Source: a virus
Taxonomy: Duplodnaviria; Heunggongvirae; Uroviricota; Caudoviricetes
DNA length: 64,000 nucleotides
Reading direction: 5' to 3' (one strand)
Virus record (IMG/VR): IMGVR_UViG_2938709436_000001
Location: 27,717-91,716 of that record
Positions 63,305 through 64,000 of this stretch are shown in pieces (within the stretch, counting starts at the first letter, position 1; each line of letters starts with the position of its first letter). Below the pieces are notes generated by a model. That model ran no database searches. It was not told the origin of the DNA and saw only the letters and a list, made by a program, of their open reading frames with translations. A program made the position numbers and the translations under genes.

Positions 63305-63973
63305 CTATCTTTTAACAAATCTTGTGGCAATCACCTCTTCCGGCGAGATGTTGTGGTACTTAGCCATCTTATATATGCTGTCCCAAGATACACCAATAAT
63401 TTCCTTAAGGTCGCGTTTCTTGACCATCTCGCCATTACAAAGGACAAACTGATCGGGCTTCCTGTAGTTTATAGCATCCTTCATAGACATCCCCATATTT
63501 AAGACTCTCCATGCCAATGTTGCATCGTTTATACCAGTCTTTCTTGACCACCCACGCATTGAGTCGAACACGCCGTCAACCTCATACGTCATGAACTTCT
63601 CGACACTCTTCTCCTTGTTTCTTTTCCTTATTAAGGACCTTTTTTCAATCAGATAATCACACTCCTCTGCGACCGCCATTGTTGAGAAAGGTACTCCCTT
63701 ACCGAAGTATGACTTAGACGGTATCCACAAACACACGTCCGACTTTCTAAAGTGGTAATCTCGTGCTTCAACAACAAACCCGCATTTTGAGTAAGGATTT
63801 CTGATGGCAACCTCCTCCTTCGGTCTTAAAGCCTCAATGTCCTCAGAGGTTATGTACGGCTCATTGAAAATGTCGAGTGTGGAAATTTCCTGAAGTGCAA
63901 ATTCAGGGGTAATGTCAAAACACTCCGTAGAGCCAGAAAACTCCCCACCAACAAAACGGTAGTCAGAGAACAT
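63305..63973 (-). CDS. Hypothetical protein in opposite orientation to the surrounding early genes (possible homing-endonuclease-like insertion)
   Basis: 222 aa lone minus-strand ORF among plus-strand genes. Confidence 0.4.
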   Translation of the reverse strand: MFSDYRFVGGEFSGSTECFDITPEFALQEISTLDIFNEPYITSEDIEALRPKEEVAIRNPYSKCGFVVEARDYHFRKSDVCLWIPSKSYFGKGVPFSTMAVAEECDYLIEKRSLIRKRNKEKSVEKFMTYEVDGVFDSMRGWSRKTGINDATLAWRVLNMGMSMKDAINYRKPDQFVLCNGEMVKKRDLKEIIGVSWDSIYKMAKYHNISPEEVIATRFVKR

Positions 63974-64000
63974 GACGTGCAGAGACCTCTCAAGAATATA

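Noticed and set aside
1-64000. CRISPR arrays, integrase / attachment sites, rRNA
   Set aside because: No regularly spaced direct repeats with unique spacers were seen. No tyrosine / serine recombinase motifs or rRNA-like sequence were seen either. The content is consistent with a strictly lytic phage.

Overview
The window reads as a lytic myovirus genome segment resembling Felix O1-like (Ounavirinae) or T5-like phages. Positions 1-10,000 (minus strand) carry the end of a late structural module: a collagen-like GXY-repeat protein, major capsid, decoration-like, scaffold, portal and large terminase proteins, followed by a spanin pair. A roughly 4 kb minus-strand tRNA array lies at 10.1-14.2 kb, with one more tRNA at 17.3 kb. 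I read ~26 recognizable tRNAs plus several degenerate or truncated tRNA-like elements, and two paralogous HNH homing endonuclease genes abut them. A minus-strand block at 18.9-22.3 kb encodes a NAMPT-like protein, a ribose-phosphate pyrophosphokinase-like protein and an HTH regulator. After a divergent promoter/operator region at about 22.3-22.6 kb, transcription switches to the plus strand. The plus-strand region is a long early/middle module driven by many near-consensus sigma70 promoters and punctuated by rho-independent terminators. It encodes nucleotide metabolism genes (NrdA, NrdB, a CPHC glutaredoxin-like redoxin, ThyX, dNMP kinase, a HAD phosphatase, MazG-like). It encodes DNA transactions genes (ATP-dependent DNA ligase, FEN/RNase H, RuvC-like and endonuclease VII resolvases, a DEDDh exonuclease, PhoH, a DprA/SLOG-like protein, an N6A methyltransferase). 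It encodes a GH19 endolysin. It encodes an NAD-related set (Sir2 homologue and a NADAR-domain protein, in addition to the NAMPT/Prs pair). It encodes what looks like a split Pnkp-style RNA repair triad (calcineurin-like phosphoesterase, RNA-ligase-like nucleotidyltransferase, P-loop kinase) together with a CCA-adding enzyme and a PTH2-like protein. Other plus-strand products are an SPFH lipoprotein, an RCC1-repeat protein, a ClpP-like protease, a DUF262/ParB-like protein and many small membrane ORFs. No integrase, CRISPR array or rRNA was seen. Every functional call is inferred from motifs read directly in the translations; none was checked against a database.
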